DNA of 49,035 nucleotides. Source: a virus. Lineage: Duplodnaviria > Caudoviricetes. Below are positions 9,150 to 19,419 of this stretch, piece after piece. The notes below the pieces were generated by a model. That model was not told the DNA's origin. It searched no databases and saw nothing but the letters and a program-made list of their open reading frames with translations. The stretch is taken from positions 1-49,035 of IMG/VR virus record IMGVR_UViG_3300025646_000063; one strand, 5' to 3'. Each line of letters opens with the position of its first letter. Position 1 is the first letter of the stretch. The position numbers and the translations under genes are program-made.

Positions 9150-9436
9150 TGGTGGAAGGGGGTAAAATAAGCCCCGGAATAGTCGAAATACAGACTACCA
9201 ACCATCGTGGCTTCACTCCGGAGGAGGTTGCCGAGCGATGCCTTAGCAAGCTTCTGAGCGTTTCTGATACCGCCCCGCCCGCAATTAAAGAGCAGGCGAA
9301 TGCTTACAAGGATCACATGCGCGCGGTCCTTGTTTTTTATATGAAAGAGGCGGTCAAAAGCGACCGAACCACTGTGTATAACGCCCTGTGTGACGCAGGG
9401 CAAAAAGACTTAGCCGAACTTATCAGGAGACTTTGA
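9146..9436 (+). CDS. Hypothetical phage protein
   Basis: Coupled ORF, TT.HRGFTPEEVA motif. Confidence 0.6.
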   Translation: MMVEGGKISPGIVEIQTTNHRGFTPEEVAERCLSKLLSVSDTAPPAIKEQANAYKDHMRAVLVFYMKEAVKSDRTTVYNALCDAGQKDLAELIRRL

Positions 9437-9437
9437 T

Positions 9438-9884
9438 ATGGCTTTTACAGGTAACTTTATGTGTACGTCCTTTAAGCAGGAACTGCTTCAGGCCAAGCAC
9501 GACTTCACTGCCAGCACAGGTCACACCTTTAAGCTGGCTATGTACGACAACAATGCAAGCTTTACGGCGGCCACGACTGACTATACCGCGACTGATGAAG
9601 TTAGCGGCACGGGCTACACTGCCGGTGGTGGTACTTTGACCAACGTCACACCCACCACGTCAGGAACAACGGCGCTGACTGACTTTGCCGACTTGACGTT
9701 TAGCTCGTCAACGATCACTGCTCGCGGCGCGTTGATTTACAACACCACTGCTGGCGGCGGCACAGGCACGACTGAGTCAGTTGTCGTTCTGGACTTTGGT
9801 TCTGACAAGTCATCCAGTGCAGGCGACTTCACCATTGTGTTCCCAACTGCTGACGCATCTAACGCTATTATTCGGATTGCATAA
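9438..9884 (+). CDS. Virion structural protein
   Basis: AGGAG RBS; CTSFK.ELL...GY.AGG..L...VLDFG.DK motif. Confidence 0.65.
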   Translation: MAFTGNFMCTSFKQELLQAKHDFTASTGHTFKLAMYDNNASFTAATTDYTATDEVSGTGYTAGGGTLTNVTPTTSGTTALTDFADLTFSSSTITARGALIYNTTAGGGTGTTESVVVLDFGSDKSSSAGDFTIVFPTADASNAIIRIA

Positions 9885-9886
9885 TC

Positions 9887-10591
9887 ATGGCTCTGGTCGT
9901 TGCTGATCGCGTAAAAGAAACCACCACCACGACAGGCACGGGAGCGATTACGCTCGCCGGGGCAGAAGCTAACTTTATAGCTTTTTCGTCCGCCCTGTCG
10001 GATGGTGATACAACCTACTACGCCATTATTGATAACGTGAACCAAGCCTACGAAGTAGGTCTGGGCACTTATACGGCGAGTGGAAACACGCTGGCTCGGA
10101 CGACTGTGCTTGCCAGTTCAAATGGCGGTTCTGCTGTTAACTTTTCAGCAGGAAGCAAAGATGTATTCATCAATTACCCTGCGGATAAGTCGGTATATCT
10201 GGACGGCTCAAATCAACTTGTTATCAACAGCACGGCGGTCACTGCAACAGCCGCAGAGCTTAATTACGTTGATGGCGTGACCTCTGCCATTCAAACCCAG
10301 ATCGACAGTAAGAATGCGTTGCCGATATTAAAAGGCGCGAACTACACGGCGTCTGCTGGAGAGTTTGTTATAGCCACGGCAGGCAGTATCACCATCACGC
10401 TACCGGCGTCACCTACTGCTGGCGACACGGTGACGGTCAAGGACGGCACTGGCGCGGCGGCAACTACTACGTTCACTGTCGGCAGGAATGGCGAAAACAT
10501 TGCGTCTAGCGCAACCGACCTGACTTTCGACAAGAATTTTGCCGAAATCACCATGACGTATATCGACGGCACTATTGGCTGGAGCGTGTAA
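9887..10591 (+). CDS. Tail fibre proximal/hub protein (putative)
   Basis: DRVKETTTTTGTG N-terminus; C-terminal ITITLPASP..GD.V.V.D...TVGRNG.NI...GW module of the type found in fibre anchor proteins. Confidence 0.6.
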   Translation: MALVVADRVKETTTTTGTGAITLAGAEANFIAFSSALSDGDTTYYAIIDNVNQAYEVGLGTYTASGNTLARTTVLASSNGGSAVNFSAGSKDVFINYPADKSVYLDGSNQLVINSTAVTATAAELNYVDGVTSAIQTQIDSKNALPILKGANYTASAGEFVIATAGSITITLPASPTAGDTVTVKDGTGAAATTTFTVGRNGENIASSATDLTFDKNFAEITMTYIDGTIGWSV

Positions 10592-12859
10592 GTGAGCAAC
10601 CTTTCGGAGCTATTACCGGCTGGTGGAGGTCAGAATAACTTCACCTTCACCGCGTCTGGAGCTATCTCCAATGGCGACCCCGTCGTCTTGAATAACAATG
10701 GCACGGTTTCTTCTGTAGCTGAATCGTCTGTAAGTCAATCTATTGGGAGCTTGACTTATCTTTTTAGCAACACATCAATTACCGGGGTTTATAGCGGGAT
10801 GTGTTATCACCCAGAGCAGAAGAAAGTCATAATCTGCTCTTCCGACTCTGCCGCAACCAATCAAGGCGTGGTGTTGACGGCGGACGTGTCAGGAACGTCC
10901 ATAACGCCGGGAAATTCTTTTGAGTTTTACGGCACCAACGTACTCTTTCCTACCCCGATATATGACCCGGAAAGCGGAAAGGTTGTTATCTTTTTTGTGG
11001 AGACCGTGAACAATCACGGTTACGCCATAGTTGCAACTGTAAACGGCTCTGCCATCTCCTTTGGCACTGCGGTGCAATGGACGGATCTTCCGGTTGCTGA
11101 GTTTTCTCTGACGTATGACTCCGTCAACAAGAAGATTGTTTGCGTATGGGAACGATCAAGCAACCAAGGCATAGACGCAAAAGTCTTTTCTGTTAATGGC
11201 GACACGTTAGTACAAGGTGCGCAAGCGGACGTGACGAGCGTAATTTCAACGGAGTTCATCAGTGCCGCGTTTGATGAGAACGCGGGCAAGGTGGTTGTTG
11301 TGTTTAGGAACGACTCAAACAGCAATTACGGGACGGCTGTCGTAGGGACCGTTTCGGGGCACTCAATCAGCTTTGGATCGCTAGTTGTATTTATCAGCAA
11401 CAGGGCGGACTACATAGGAGTTGGTTACGACCCTAGCTCCAAAAAAATGGTCGTGTCTTACAGGCACACGGGAGTGTCTTCTGGCCGCGCCTCTGTCGGG
11501 GAGGTAAGCGGCAATTCAATCACTTTTGGCTCATCTGTTACCTATCAAAATAACGACACCTCATATCAGGCTCAGTTGGGCAGTAATGTCCATTATCACC
11601 GCGCCCTCAACAAAATGATCCTGCTTTACAGAGACAATACGGCAGGCACTCAGAAGGCCGTGACGGGAACTGTTTCTGACCTTTCTATAACTTTTGATAC
11701 TCCGGTAACGCTAACCGGACAGATCGGCACTTACTGCGATTCTGTTTATGACCCAGACGAGGGACAGGTTGTAGTCCGCTCTCAAACGGTTAGCGGCTCT
11801 GCCGAAAGGCTTCGGGCGCTTGTCTATCAGGCGGCGGGATCAGCCACAAATTTGACCCTGAGTAATTTTATCGGCCTTGCTGGGCAGGCCATATCCGACA
11901 CTGCTACAGGCACTGTCAACGTAATTGGGTCGCTTAACGAAGGGCAGTCCGGTTTATCCGTTGCGTCAGATTATTATGCGTATCGTGATGGGAGTCTTTT
12001 GTCTGGGAATGTGCCGTATAGTATAAATGCCGCTTCTTTTAGCGAGAAACTCTTTGACGTTTCGTCACAGGAAACCGCGCCTAGAACCGTTGAGTTCAAA
12101 ACAGACGGCACAAAGATGTACGTTGTTGGAAGCACTAGCGATACTGTTTTTCAGTACTCCCTTTCTACTGCTTGGGACGTTAGCACAGCAAGTTACGAAT
12201 CTAAGAGTTTTAGCGTGGCCAGCGAGCAAACTGTTCCAGACGGAATACGATTTAAACCTGACGGCACTAAGTTTTACATTATTGGTGATAATCCTGACAG
12301 CGTACATCAGTACTCTATGTCTACTGCGTGGGACATATCTACGGCATCTTACGACTCTGTAACTTTTAGCGTTAGCTCGCAAGCAACTCAACCGCATGGC
12401 ATTTTCTTTAAGCCAGACGGCACCAAGTTTTACATATGTGACAACAGCGCCGATAGTGTTTTTCAGTACGCACTAAGCACCGCATGGGATTTAAGTACAG
12501 CGTCTTACGAATCAAAAAGTTTTAGCACTTCACCACAGGAACTATCGCCATCAGGGCTTAACTTTAATCCTGATGGAACCAAGGTGTGGGTTATTGGCTT
12601 TGGTTCAGACCTTATTCTTCAATACTCTTTAAGCACTGCGTGGGATGCTTCAACAGCGTCTTATGACTCTGTAAGTTTTAGCGTTGCAACACAAACAGGA
12701 GCGCCATATGACTTTACGTTTGGTGATAGCGGAACAAAGTTTTACGTTGTAGAAGTCACCAATGATAGTGTCTATCAATACTCAACAACGTCATACACCG
12801 AAAACAAGGTCGGCAAAGCCATTTCTGCCACGCAAATTAACATGAAGAACCGATCATGA
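10592..12859 (+). CDS. Tail spike/receptor-binding protein, paralogue 1 (two repeat/beta-propeller regions)
   Basis: VG.VSG.SI.FG repeats followed by F.PDGTK.Y...QY.LSTAWD.STAS repeats. Confidence 0.7.
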   Translation: MSNLSELLPAGGGQNNFTFTASGAISNGDPVVLNNNGTVSSVAESSVSQSIGSLTYLFSNTSITGVYSGMCYHPEQKKVIICSSDSAATNQGVVLTADVSGTSITPGNSFEFYGTNVLFPTPIYDPESGKVVIFFVETVNNHGYAIVATVNGSAISFGTAVQWTDLPVAEFSLTYDSVNKKIVCVWERSSNQGIDAKVFSVNGDTLVQGAQADVTSVISTEFISAAFDENAGKVVVVFRNDSNSNYGTAVVGTVSGHSISFGSLVVFISNRADYIGVGYDPSSKKMVVSYRHTGVSSGRASVGEVSGNSITFGSSVTYQNNDTSYQAQLGSNVHYHRALNKMILLYRDNTAGTQKAVTGTVSDLSITFDTPVTLTGQIGTYCDSVYDPDEGQVVVRSQTVSGSAERLRALVYQAAGSATNLTLSNFIGLAGQAISDTATGTVNVIGSLNEGQSGLSVASDYYAYRDGSLLSGNVPYSINAASFSEKLFDVSSQETAPRTVEFKTDGTKMYVVGSTSDTVFQYSLSTAWDVSTASYESKSFSVASEQTVPDGIRFKPDGTKFYIIGDNPDSVHQYSMSTAWDISTASYDSVTFSVSSQATQPHGIFFKPDGTKFYICDNSADSVFQYALSTAWDLSTASYESKSFSTSPQELSPSGLNFNPDGTKVWVIGFGSDLILQYSLSTAWDASTASYDSVSFSVATQTGAPYDFTFGDSGTKFYVVEVTNDSVYQYSTTSYTENKVGKAISATQINMKNRS

Positions 12860-14298
12860 GCAATCTTAGCGATTTATTTCCTGCGGGTGCTGGAAAGCAG
12901 GTTAGCTTTACCGCTAGTGGAGCTATATCAAGTGGCGACCCTGTTATTTTAAACTCAGACGGAACGGTAACGTCAGTTGGCACAAGCTACTCCTCTGTTA
13001 TTGCGGGAGCGTCAGGGACGTGGGGCGTTAATACTCAGCATCCAAGAGCCGCTTATGACACCGTAAATGACAAGCTGGTTATTGTCTACAAGGATGAAAG
13101 CAACAACGGCTACGCAACTGCTGTTGTGGCAACCATTGGAGCGTCGAGCATTACATTTGGCACTCCCGCTGTATACAACAGCGTCAATTCCAACCGGCCC
13201 GACGTAGCGTATGATGCCAACGCCCAAAAAGTGGTTATCGTTTGGAACGAGAACACGAATAAGGGCGAGGCTGTCGTGGGTACTGTGTCTGGAACCAGTA
13301 TTTCTTTTGGCACGGTGGTTGAGTTTAGGTCCGCTGGAACTAACGGCCAACGGATAACTTATGACTCTACCAATCAAAAAGTGGTAGTTGCATATCAAAA
13401 TACAACTAACAATAACGGAGAGGGCATAGTTGGCACTGTGTCTGGCACGTCGATTAGCTTTGGGTCGGCAACCGTTTTTGACTCAAGTGTGGCGTCAACA
13501 AGCATTGGGATCACCTACGACTCTAACGCGCAAAAAGTGGTAATTGGGTATGCCGAAAACTCTGGCGCAGATGCCGCCGCCGCAGTGGTAGGAACTGTTT
13601 CTGGCACGTCAATTAGCTTTGGTACGCCCAACATATATTTTTCCTCTCTTACATGCACACCCCGGTCAATAACCTATGACGCTAATGCTCAGAAAGTTGT
13701 TACGACAATGTCCACTTCCAGTGGCGCGGGGCTTGGTCAAGCGGCGGTAGGCACCGTGTCTGGAACATCAATTAGCTTTGGCTCTCTTGTTACTTTTAAT
13801 GCCGAAAACACCAGTGACTCGGAGGCGACATATTGGACTGCTGGCCAGAACATTGTAATCAGCTTTAGAGCCAATGACGGAACAGCAAAAGGGATTGTCG
13901 GCACTGTAAGCGGTACATCTATTAGCTTTGGATCGGCATCACTTGTTTCTGATGCAACAACGGTAGCTTACACTGCTTCCGCTTATGACCCAGATACCGC
14001 CCAAGTGATACAGCTTTTCCGAGGAAACAACCCCACCCAGACGGGGAATGCGGTTGCTTTGGCTCAAGGAACAAACTTGACAGCAGACAACTTTATCGGC
14101 CTTGCTGACGGCGCTATATCAGACACCGCCAGCGGAAACGTCACTATAAAGGGTGGTGTTTCCACTAAGGTTTCTGGCCTCACGCCCAACTCAACTTATT
14201 ACGTTCAAGACGACGGTAGCCTTTCCACGACATCTTCTGATGTCTTGGCGGGCAGGGCGCTTTCAGCAACCAGTATTGATTTGGATTACAGCACATGA
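12856..14298 (+). CDS. Tail spike/receptor-binding protein, paralogue 2
   Basis: Same MSNLS.L.PAG N-terminus; repeated YD.NAQKVV...VGTVSGTSISFG. Confidence 0.7.
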   Translation: MSNLSDLFPAGAGKQVSFTASGAISSGDPVILNSDGTVTSVGTSYSSVIAGASGTWGVNTQHPRAAYDTVNDKLVIVYKDESNNGYATAVVATIGASSITFGTPAVYNSVNSNRPDVAYDANAQKVVIVWNENTNKGEAVVGTVSGTSISFGTVVEFRSAGTNGQRITYDSTNQKVVVAYQNTTNNNGEGIVGTVSGTSISFGSATVFDSSVASTSIGITYDSNAQKVVIGYAENSGADAAAAVVGTVSGTSISFGTPNIYFSSLTCTPRSITYDANAQKVVTTMSTSSGAGLGQAAVGTVSGTSISFGSLVTFNAENTSDSEATYWTAGQNIVISFRANDGTAKGIVGTVSGTSISFGSASLVSDATTVAYTASAYDPDTAQVIQLFRGNNPTQTGNAVALAQGTNLTADNFIGLADGAISDTASGNVTIKGGVSTKVSGLTPNSTYYVQDDGSLSTTSSDVLAGRALSATSIDLDYST

Positions 14299-16607
14299 GC
14301 AATCTATCTGACTTGTTGCCTGCTGGGGCATCCGGTAAAAAAGCCTCATTTACTGCATCTGGCTCAATCTCCACGGGCGACACGGTTGTATTGAATTCAG
14401 ATGGCACCGTGACTGCGATTAGCGCCACGGCTTTATCCGAAGGATTTAACGGTTCCGCTGTTGTATTTGATGGCGAAAATATTACCTCAATGAGCCAGAT
14501 GGGTCCGACAGCGGCGTCGGACGGCAACGGCACTGTTGTGTGCATTTACAACACCCAATCGACATTGGGCACGGCTGTCGTGGGAATTGTGAATGGCTCT
14601 TCAATAACCTTTGGCACCCCTGTTATTTTTGCCAGCACGTCAACCGCCGCAAAAGGCATAGCATACGTTCCCGCCGAGGACCGATTTGTTATTTGTTATC
14701 GCAACAGCACTGATTCCGGTAAAGGTTACGGTCTTGCCGTTCAAGTGACGGGGACAAGCCTGAATATTGGCTCTCCCGTCATGTTTAGCGGTGGTTCTAC
14801 GGTTTCGGAAATATACGTTTGCACAGGCCCGTCTCGTAAAGTTGGGGTTGCTTTTAGAAATGATTCATTGTCTGGGCACGGATATGCCCTGCAAGGAACT
14901 GTTACCGCAAGCACAAACACGGTGCAGTTTGGCGGCCAAAACTCATTTACCGCCAATTCCGTGGGGTGGCCGTCGATAGCTTACGACCCTGTAAATAACA
15001 GGTATGTTTTTGCGTACTACGGCGCTAGTGGATACGGGGTGACGCGAACTGGAACGCCTAGCGGAACGGACTCTAGCCCCACCATTTCGTACAACGGGAC
15101 AGAAAACACCTTCAACAGCGCCACAACCTTTTACACGCAAGTTGTTTATGACCCAGACAGCGGAAATTTACTCATTGCGTACAATGATTTCGGGGGCTTG
15201 CAGAGGGGCGAAGGCATTGTCGTTTATGTTAGCGGCAATAACATGGTTACTGGCTCCACGACTGAGTTTGAAACAGGCGCAACAAATTATATCAAGCTGT
15301 GCTATGCAGGAGAGACCGGCAAGTTTTTTGCGGCGTACCTTGATGGGGGCAATTCAAACAGGCTGACTTATGCTGTAGGCACGGTAAGCGGGACCGCATC
15401 AACTTGGGCAACTCCGGTGGTGTACGACACAGCCACTACTAATTCAAATTTTGAGAATGCGTTCGATAGTTACAATAATCGCGTCGTTTTATTTTATGGG
15501 GATAGCACAAATAGCACTTACGGCACGGCAAACGTGTTTAACCTGCAAACAACCAATTTAACTAGGACAAACTTTCTCGGTATTGCAGATGCCGCTATAT
15601 CCAATGCGGCAAGTGGAGACATTGTGCTGGTTGGCGGAATATCTGAAAACGCCACATCTGAAGTCACCACAACCAACTCAACTGTTTACGTCCAAAATGA
15701 CGGCACATTATCTATGACATTTAGTTCTGTGGAGGCGGGGTTGGCGTTTGGCGACACGACCTCAACTACATCAGGGTTCCTTGTGGGAGACGGCTCCTAC
15801 GACAGCAAATCGTTTAGCGTCAGCACTCAGGTAAACGCTCCGCATGGGATAGCTTTCAAGTCAGATGGAACGGAGATGTATGTCTTGAACCTTGGAGGTA
15901 CCGGAACCGTCCCCTACGGCGTTGCCCAGTACACTCTCTCCACGGCTTGGGATGTCTCTACTGCGGTATATGCAAACAAAAGTATGTCTTCCTCGGCGCA
16001 AGACACATCCATGAGGGGGATGACCTTTAAGCCTGATGGCACCAAGATGTATCTTGTTGGATCAACTAATCCAGACACCATGTACGAGTATGACCTTAGC
16101 ACTGCATGGGATATATCAACGGCCTCTTTTAATCAGACCGGAAACATAGATACTCAACTAAGCACTCCATGCGGGTTGTCGTTTAAGTCGGACGGGACAG
16201 CCTGTTTTGTTGCCGATCAAACAGACGATGATATACATCAGTATTCGCTGTCTACAGCATGGGACATTTCAACGCTGTCTTACGACAACAAGTTTTTGGA
16301 CGCAACGCCCCAAGAAGATACCGTTCAAGATATGGCAATGTCCTCAGACGGCACAAAGTTTTATGTAGTAGGCACAGTTAATGACAAGGTATTTCAATAC
16401 GACCTAACCACCCCCTATGATGTAAGCACGGCGTCATATGCAGTCCAATCTTTATATGTAGGCTCTCAGTCTACAGTCCCCGTTGGGATGGTTTTTTCTG
16501 CTGACGGGTACAAGTTATACATCGCTGATTCCACTACCAGCACCGTCTACCAGTACTCGAGCAGTGGAACCACACTCACAACCAGCAAACTTTTACTTAA
16601 CGGGTAA
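14295..16607 (+). CDS. Tail spike/receptor-binding protein, paralogue 3
   Basis: Same N-terminus; divergent first propeller plus STAWD repeats. Confidence 0.7.
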   Translation: MSNLSDLLPAGASGKKASFTASGSISTGDTVVLNSDGTVTAISATALSEGFNGSAVVFDGENITSMSQMGPTAASDGNGTVVCIYNTQSTLGTAVVGIVNGSSITFGTPVIFASTSTAAKGIAYVPAEDRFVICYRNSTDSGKGYGLAVQVTGTSLNIGSPVMFSGGSTVSEIYVCTGPSRKVGVAFRNDSLSGHGYALQGTVTASTNTVQFGGQNSFTANSVGWPSIAYDPVNNRYVFAYYGASGYGVTRTGTPSGTDSSPTISYNGTENTFNSATTFYTQVVYDPDSGNLLIAYNDFGGLQRGEGIVVYVSGNNMVTGSTTEFETGATNYIKLCYAGETGKFFAAYLDGGNSNRLTYAVGTVSGTASTWATPVVYDTATTNSNFENAFDSYNNRVVLFYGDSTNSTYGTANVFNLQTTNLTRTNFLGIADAAISNAASGDIVLVGGISENATSEVTTTNSTVYVQNDGTLSMTFSSVEAGLAFGDTTSTTSGFLVGDGSYDSKSFSVSTQVNAPHGIAFKSDGTEMYVLNLGGTGTVPYGVAQYTLSTAWDVSTAVYANKSMSSSAQDTSMRGMTFKPDGTKMYLVGSTNPDTMYEYDLSTAWDISTASFNQTGNIDTQLSTPCGLSFKSDGTACFVADQTDDDIHQYSLSTAWDISTLSYDNKFLDATPQEDTVQDMAMSSDGTKFYVVGTVNDKVFQYDLTTPYDVSTASYAVQSLYVGSQSTVPVGMVFSADGYKLYIADSTTSTVYQYSSSGTTLTTSKLLLNG

Positions 16608-16612
16608 ATTAA

Positions 16613-16873
16613 ATGAAAACCATCGTAGAAAACGCAACCAATTTGTCTAAGTACCTCTTTGAGGACGATAAGGCAGTTGATATGCAGGCCGGTCAGATCA
16701 ATGTGGGCGACCCCGACAACCTTGATTTTATTATCGGTGACCTCAACTCGGGCAACTCCACTCTGTACGAAAATGTGACTGACACGCCTGAAGATTGGTT
16801 TGGTAACAAGTACACCTACGACGGCACTGTTTGGACCCAAGACCCGAACTGGGTTGACCCAAACGCAGAGTAA
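16613..16873 (+). CDS. Tail fibre accessory/chaperone-like protein
   Basis: Small acidic ORF, P.DW.G.KY.YDG..W; follows the spike genes. Confidence 0.5.
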   Translation: MKTIVENATNLSKYLFEDDKAVDMQAGQINVGDPDNLDFIIGDLNSGNSTLYENVTDTPEDWFGNKYTYDGTVWTQDPNWVDPNAE

Positions 16874-16880
16874 GCAATGA

Positions 16881-17357
16881 ATGGACCCCTTGAGCTTGGT
16901 AGCGATGGCCTCGACCACCTTCAAGGGGTTGCAGGTACTGGTCAGTAAAGGGGCCGAAATAGAGCATGTGGCTCAGAAGCTGGGCCACTGGTACACGCTG
17001 GTTTCTGACATTAATCAGGCCGAGCGCGAAGCGGAAAATCCGCCCCTCTTCAAGAAAATGTTTGACGGCTCTTCTGTCGAGGAGCAGGCGTTAAATGCTG
17101 TTATTGCCAAGAAGAAGATAGAAGAGCAGAACAGGCAGATCCGCGAACTGATCATGTACGCATACGGCGAAGAAACCTATCGCGAAATGCTACAGATGCG
17201 TAAGGACATCAGGGCCAAGCGGGAAAAAATGATTTACAAACAGCGGCGTAGACAACAGCGGATGTTAGATATTTCGGCGCTGATTGTAGGTATAATCGTA
17301 TGTGGGTTTGTACTTTGGACCACTTTTTCTCTCATTCAAAATTTTAGGGGCGTTTAG
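16881..17357 (+). CDS. Hypothetical membrane-anchored protein
   Basis: MDPLS N-terminus, coiled coil, C-terminal TM helix. Confidence 0.6.
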   Translation: MDPLSLVAMASTTFKGLQVLVSKGAEIEHVAQKLGHWYTLVSDINQAEREAENPPLFKKMFDGSSVEEQALNAVIAKKKIEEQNRQIRELIMYAYGEETYREMLQMRKDIRAKREKMIYKQRRRQQRMLDISALIVGIIVCGFVLWTTFSLIQNFRGV

Positions 17358-17432
17358 ATATGCGATACACGTTTGACGATCAAACATGGCAACGAGCTTG
17401 CCAAGATAGCGACGGCTGATTGGTAAAGCGCG

Positions 17433-18215
17433 GTGCTAAGTTCTCGTAGTTACTCAGAATCCGCATTTAGCGAAAGTCCAGAGGGACCTGTAAGTGTTCA
17501 AGGGCTTTCCGCGACGGGATCTGTCGGTGCTGTTGTAACTACGGGAAACGCAATTGTTTCTGTTTCTGGAGTTGGCGGAACAGGTGCTGTAGGAACAGCA
17601 GAGGCTAGATTCTCTGTTGATGTAGCGGTAACGGGTCTTTCCGGAACTTCTTCCGTAGGTACTGCGGTTGGATCAATTCCCGTTGATGTGGCAGTAACAG
17701 GACTGTCGGCCTCTACGCCTATGACGGCCACCGGAGCAGGGGGGCCGTTGTTTGGCGGAATGGCGTTTAGCCAAGAGTCGTTCTCTTCTCTAGCGGATGG
17801 TCCTCTTAACATTCAAGTGTTGGAAGGTGCGGGGGCCATTGTTACAGGCCTTGAAGCTACTGGAGAGGTAGGTAGCGTTGCGATTGATGCCGCCGCAAAT
17901 GTCCCTGTAACGGGCGTATCTGCTACCGGCGAGGTAGACAGCGTCAGCGTCACCGGCGACGCCAATGTCAGCCCGACGGGACTTTCCGCTACAGGAAGCC
18001 CCGGAACGGTGACTGTTATAGAAGGCACCGGGGTTAATGCGGCGGTCACTAGCCCAAGAATGCGCGGTAGCGTAGGGCTTGTCACAGCAATTGGTGAAAT
18101 TAGTGTATTGATCACCGGAGTTGAAGCGACGGGGCAAGTTGGACAAGTCGGACAATCTTCTTGGAATTCAATAATTCCGAGTCAAAATGCAAATTGGGTC
18201 GAAATAGCGGCATAG
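17433..18215 (+). CDS. Virion protein with V.G.SATG.VG repeats
   Basis: Repeated VTGVSATGxVGxV units; G/V/T-rich. Confidence 0.6.
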   Translation: MLSSRSYSESAFSESPEGPVSVQGLSATGSVGAVVTTGNAIVSVSGVGGTGAVGTAEARFSVDVAVTGLSGTSSVGTAVGSIPVDVAVTGLSASTPMTATGAGGPLFGGMAFSQESFSSLADGPLNIQVLEGAGAIVTGLEATGEVGSVAIDAAANVPVTGVSATGEVDSVSVTGDANVSPTGLSATGSPGTVTVIEGTGVNAAVTSPRMRGSVGLVTAIGEISVLITGVEATGQVGQVGQSSWNSIIPSQNANWVEIAA

Positions 18216-18225
18216 CGAGGAAACC

Positions 18226-19416
18226 ATGCCTAGTACATATACAACAAACCTTGGTATTGAAAAGATTGCAACGGGTGAGCAATCTGGTACTTGGGGCGGT
18301 ACGACCAATACAAACTTTGATCTGATAGACAGCGCCATTGACGGCGTCATTTCTATTAATGTTTCGTCTGCGGGAAGTTCAGGGTCGCCTAATAGTTTGC
18401 CTATCACAGACGGCGCTGTGTCGAATGGTCGGAACAAGTTTATTGAGTTTAGTGATGGTGGCGATTTGGGAGCTAACGCGTATTTTCAGTTGACTCCTAA
18501 CAATGCGGAAAAGGTCGTTCATATTCGCAACTCTTTGAGCGGTAGTCGTTCTTTGATCTTGTTTCAAGGAACGTACAACGCTTCCAATGACTTTGAAGTC
18601 CCTGCTGGGAAAGACGTTGTCTTAAAATTTGATGGCGGGGGCGCTAGTGCAACGGTCACTCAAGTTTTTGCAGACTTGTTGGCCACTAACGTTACCGCGC
18701 CTTTAACTGGTAACGTGACGGGTAATGTTACCGGTAACGTAACCGGCGCACTTACGGGGAATGTTGCTGGAAATGTCACGGGTAACGTGACGGGTAATCT
18801 TACCGGTAACGTAACAGGAAACATCACCTCTTCTGGGGCCTCTTCTTTTACTAACGCAACCATAACAGGAGGCTCTGTAAACGGCACTCAGGTGGGCACA
18901 TCCACGCCAGCGGCAGGTGCTTTTACTACTTTAAGCACCACAGGCACGGCCACTTTGCCGACAGTAGACATTGCGGCAGGTGAGATTGACGGTACTAACA
19001 TAGGCGCAAATACGCCCGGAACAGGCGCTTTTTCGTCGCTTTCTACAACAGGGACAGCCACATTCCCTACCGTAGATATCAACGGCGGGGCAATAGATAA
19101 TGCGGTCATAGGAGCAAACACGGCGGTAGCGGGTACTTTTACAGATTTAACCGCTACGGGCACCACCACCGTAACCACCGCAGACATTAACGGTGGTGCT
19201 ATTGATGGTACAAATATAGGTGCAAGCACCCCCGGAACCGGGGTCTTTTCAGCACTTACCACCACGGGAGATAGCCTAATCATACAGACTACGCAAACTC
19301 CCGCCAGCGCCTCTGCCACCGGCACGGCAGGCGAGATTGCGTGGGATGCTGATTACATTTATGTGTGTGTGGCTTCTAACACATGGAAGCGTGTAGCGAT
19401 TGACACGTGGAGCTAA
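18226..19416 (+). CDS. Tail fibre protein
   Basis: MPSTYT.NLGIEK..TGEQSGTWG head; GNVT and I.GG.IDGT.IGA.TP repeats; G.AGEIAWD..YIYVCVA.NTWKR tip. Confidence 0.75.
   Translation: MPSTYTTNLGIEKIATGEQSGTWGGTTNTNFDLIDSAIDGVISINVSSAGSSGSPNSLPITDGAVSNGRNKFIEFSDGGDLGANAYFQLTPNNAEKVVHIRNSLSGSRSLILFQGTYNASNDFEVPAGKDVVLKFDGGGASATVTQVFADLLATNVTAPLTGNVTGNVTGNVTGALTGNVAGNVTGNVTGNLTGNVTGNITSSGASSFTNATITGGSVNGTQVGTSTPAAGAFTTLSTTGTATLPTVDIAAGEIDGTNIGANTPGTGAFSSLSTTGTATFPTVDINGGAIDNAVIGANTAVAGTFTDLTATGTTTVTTADINGGAIDGTNIGASTPGTGVFSALTTTGDSLIIQTTQTPASASATGTAGEIAWDADYIYVCVASNTWKRVAIDTWS
18706..18828 (+). repeat. 12-nt tandem repeat encoding (TGNV)n in the tail fibre shaft
   Basis: About 10 degenerate copies of ACnGGnAAyGTn. 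Confidence 0.85.
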
Positions 19417-19419
19417 TTC

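Noticed and set aside
10592-16607. Diversity-generating retroelement in the spike genes
   Set aside because: No reverse transcriptase in the window; the repeats are protein-level with synonymous divergence, not adenine-specific TR/VR pairs
17360-17419. 19-codon ORF MRYTFDDQTWQRACQDSDG
   Set aside because: Too short to support; its start coincides with the TATGCGATA motif
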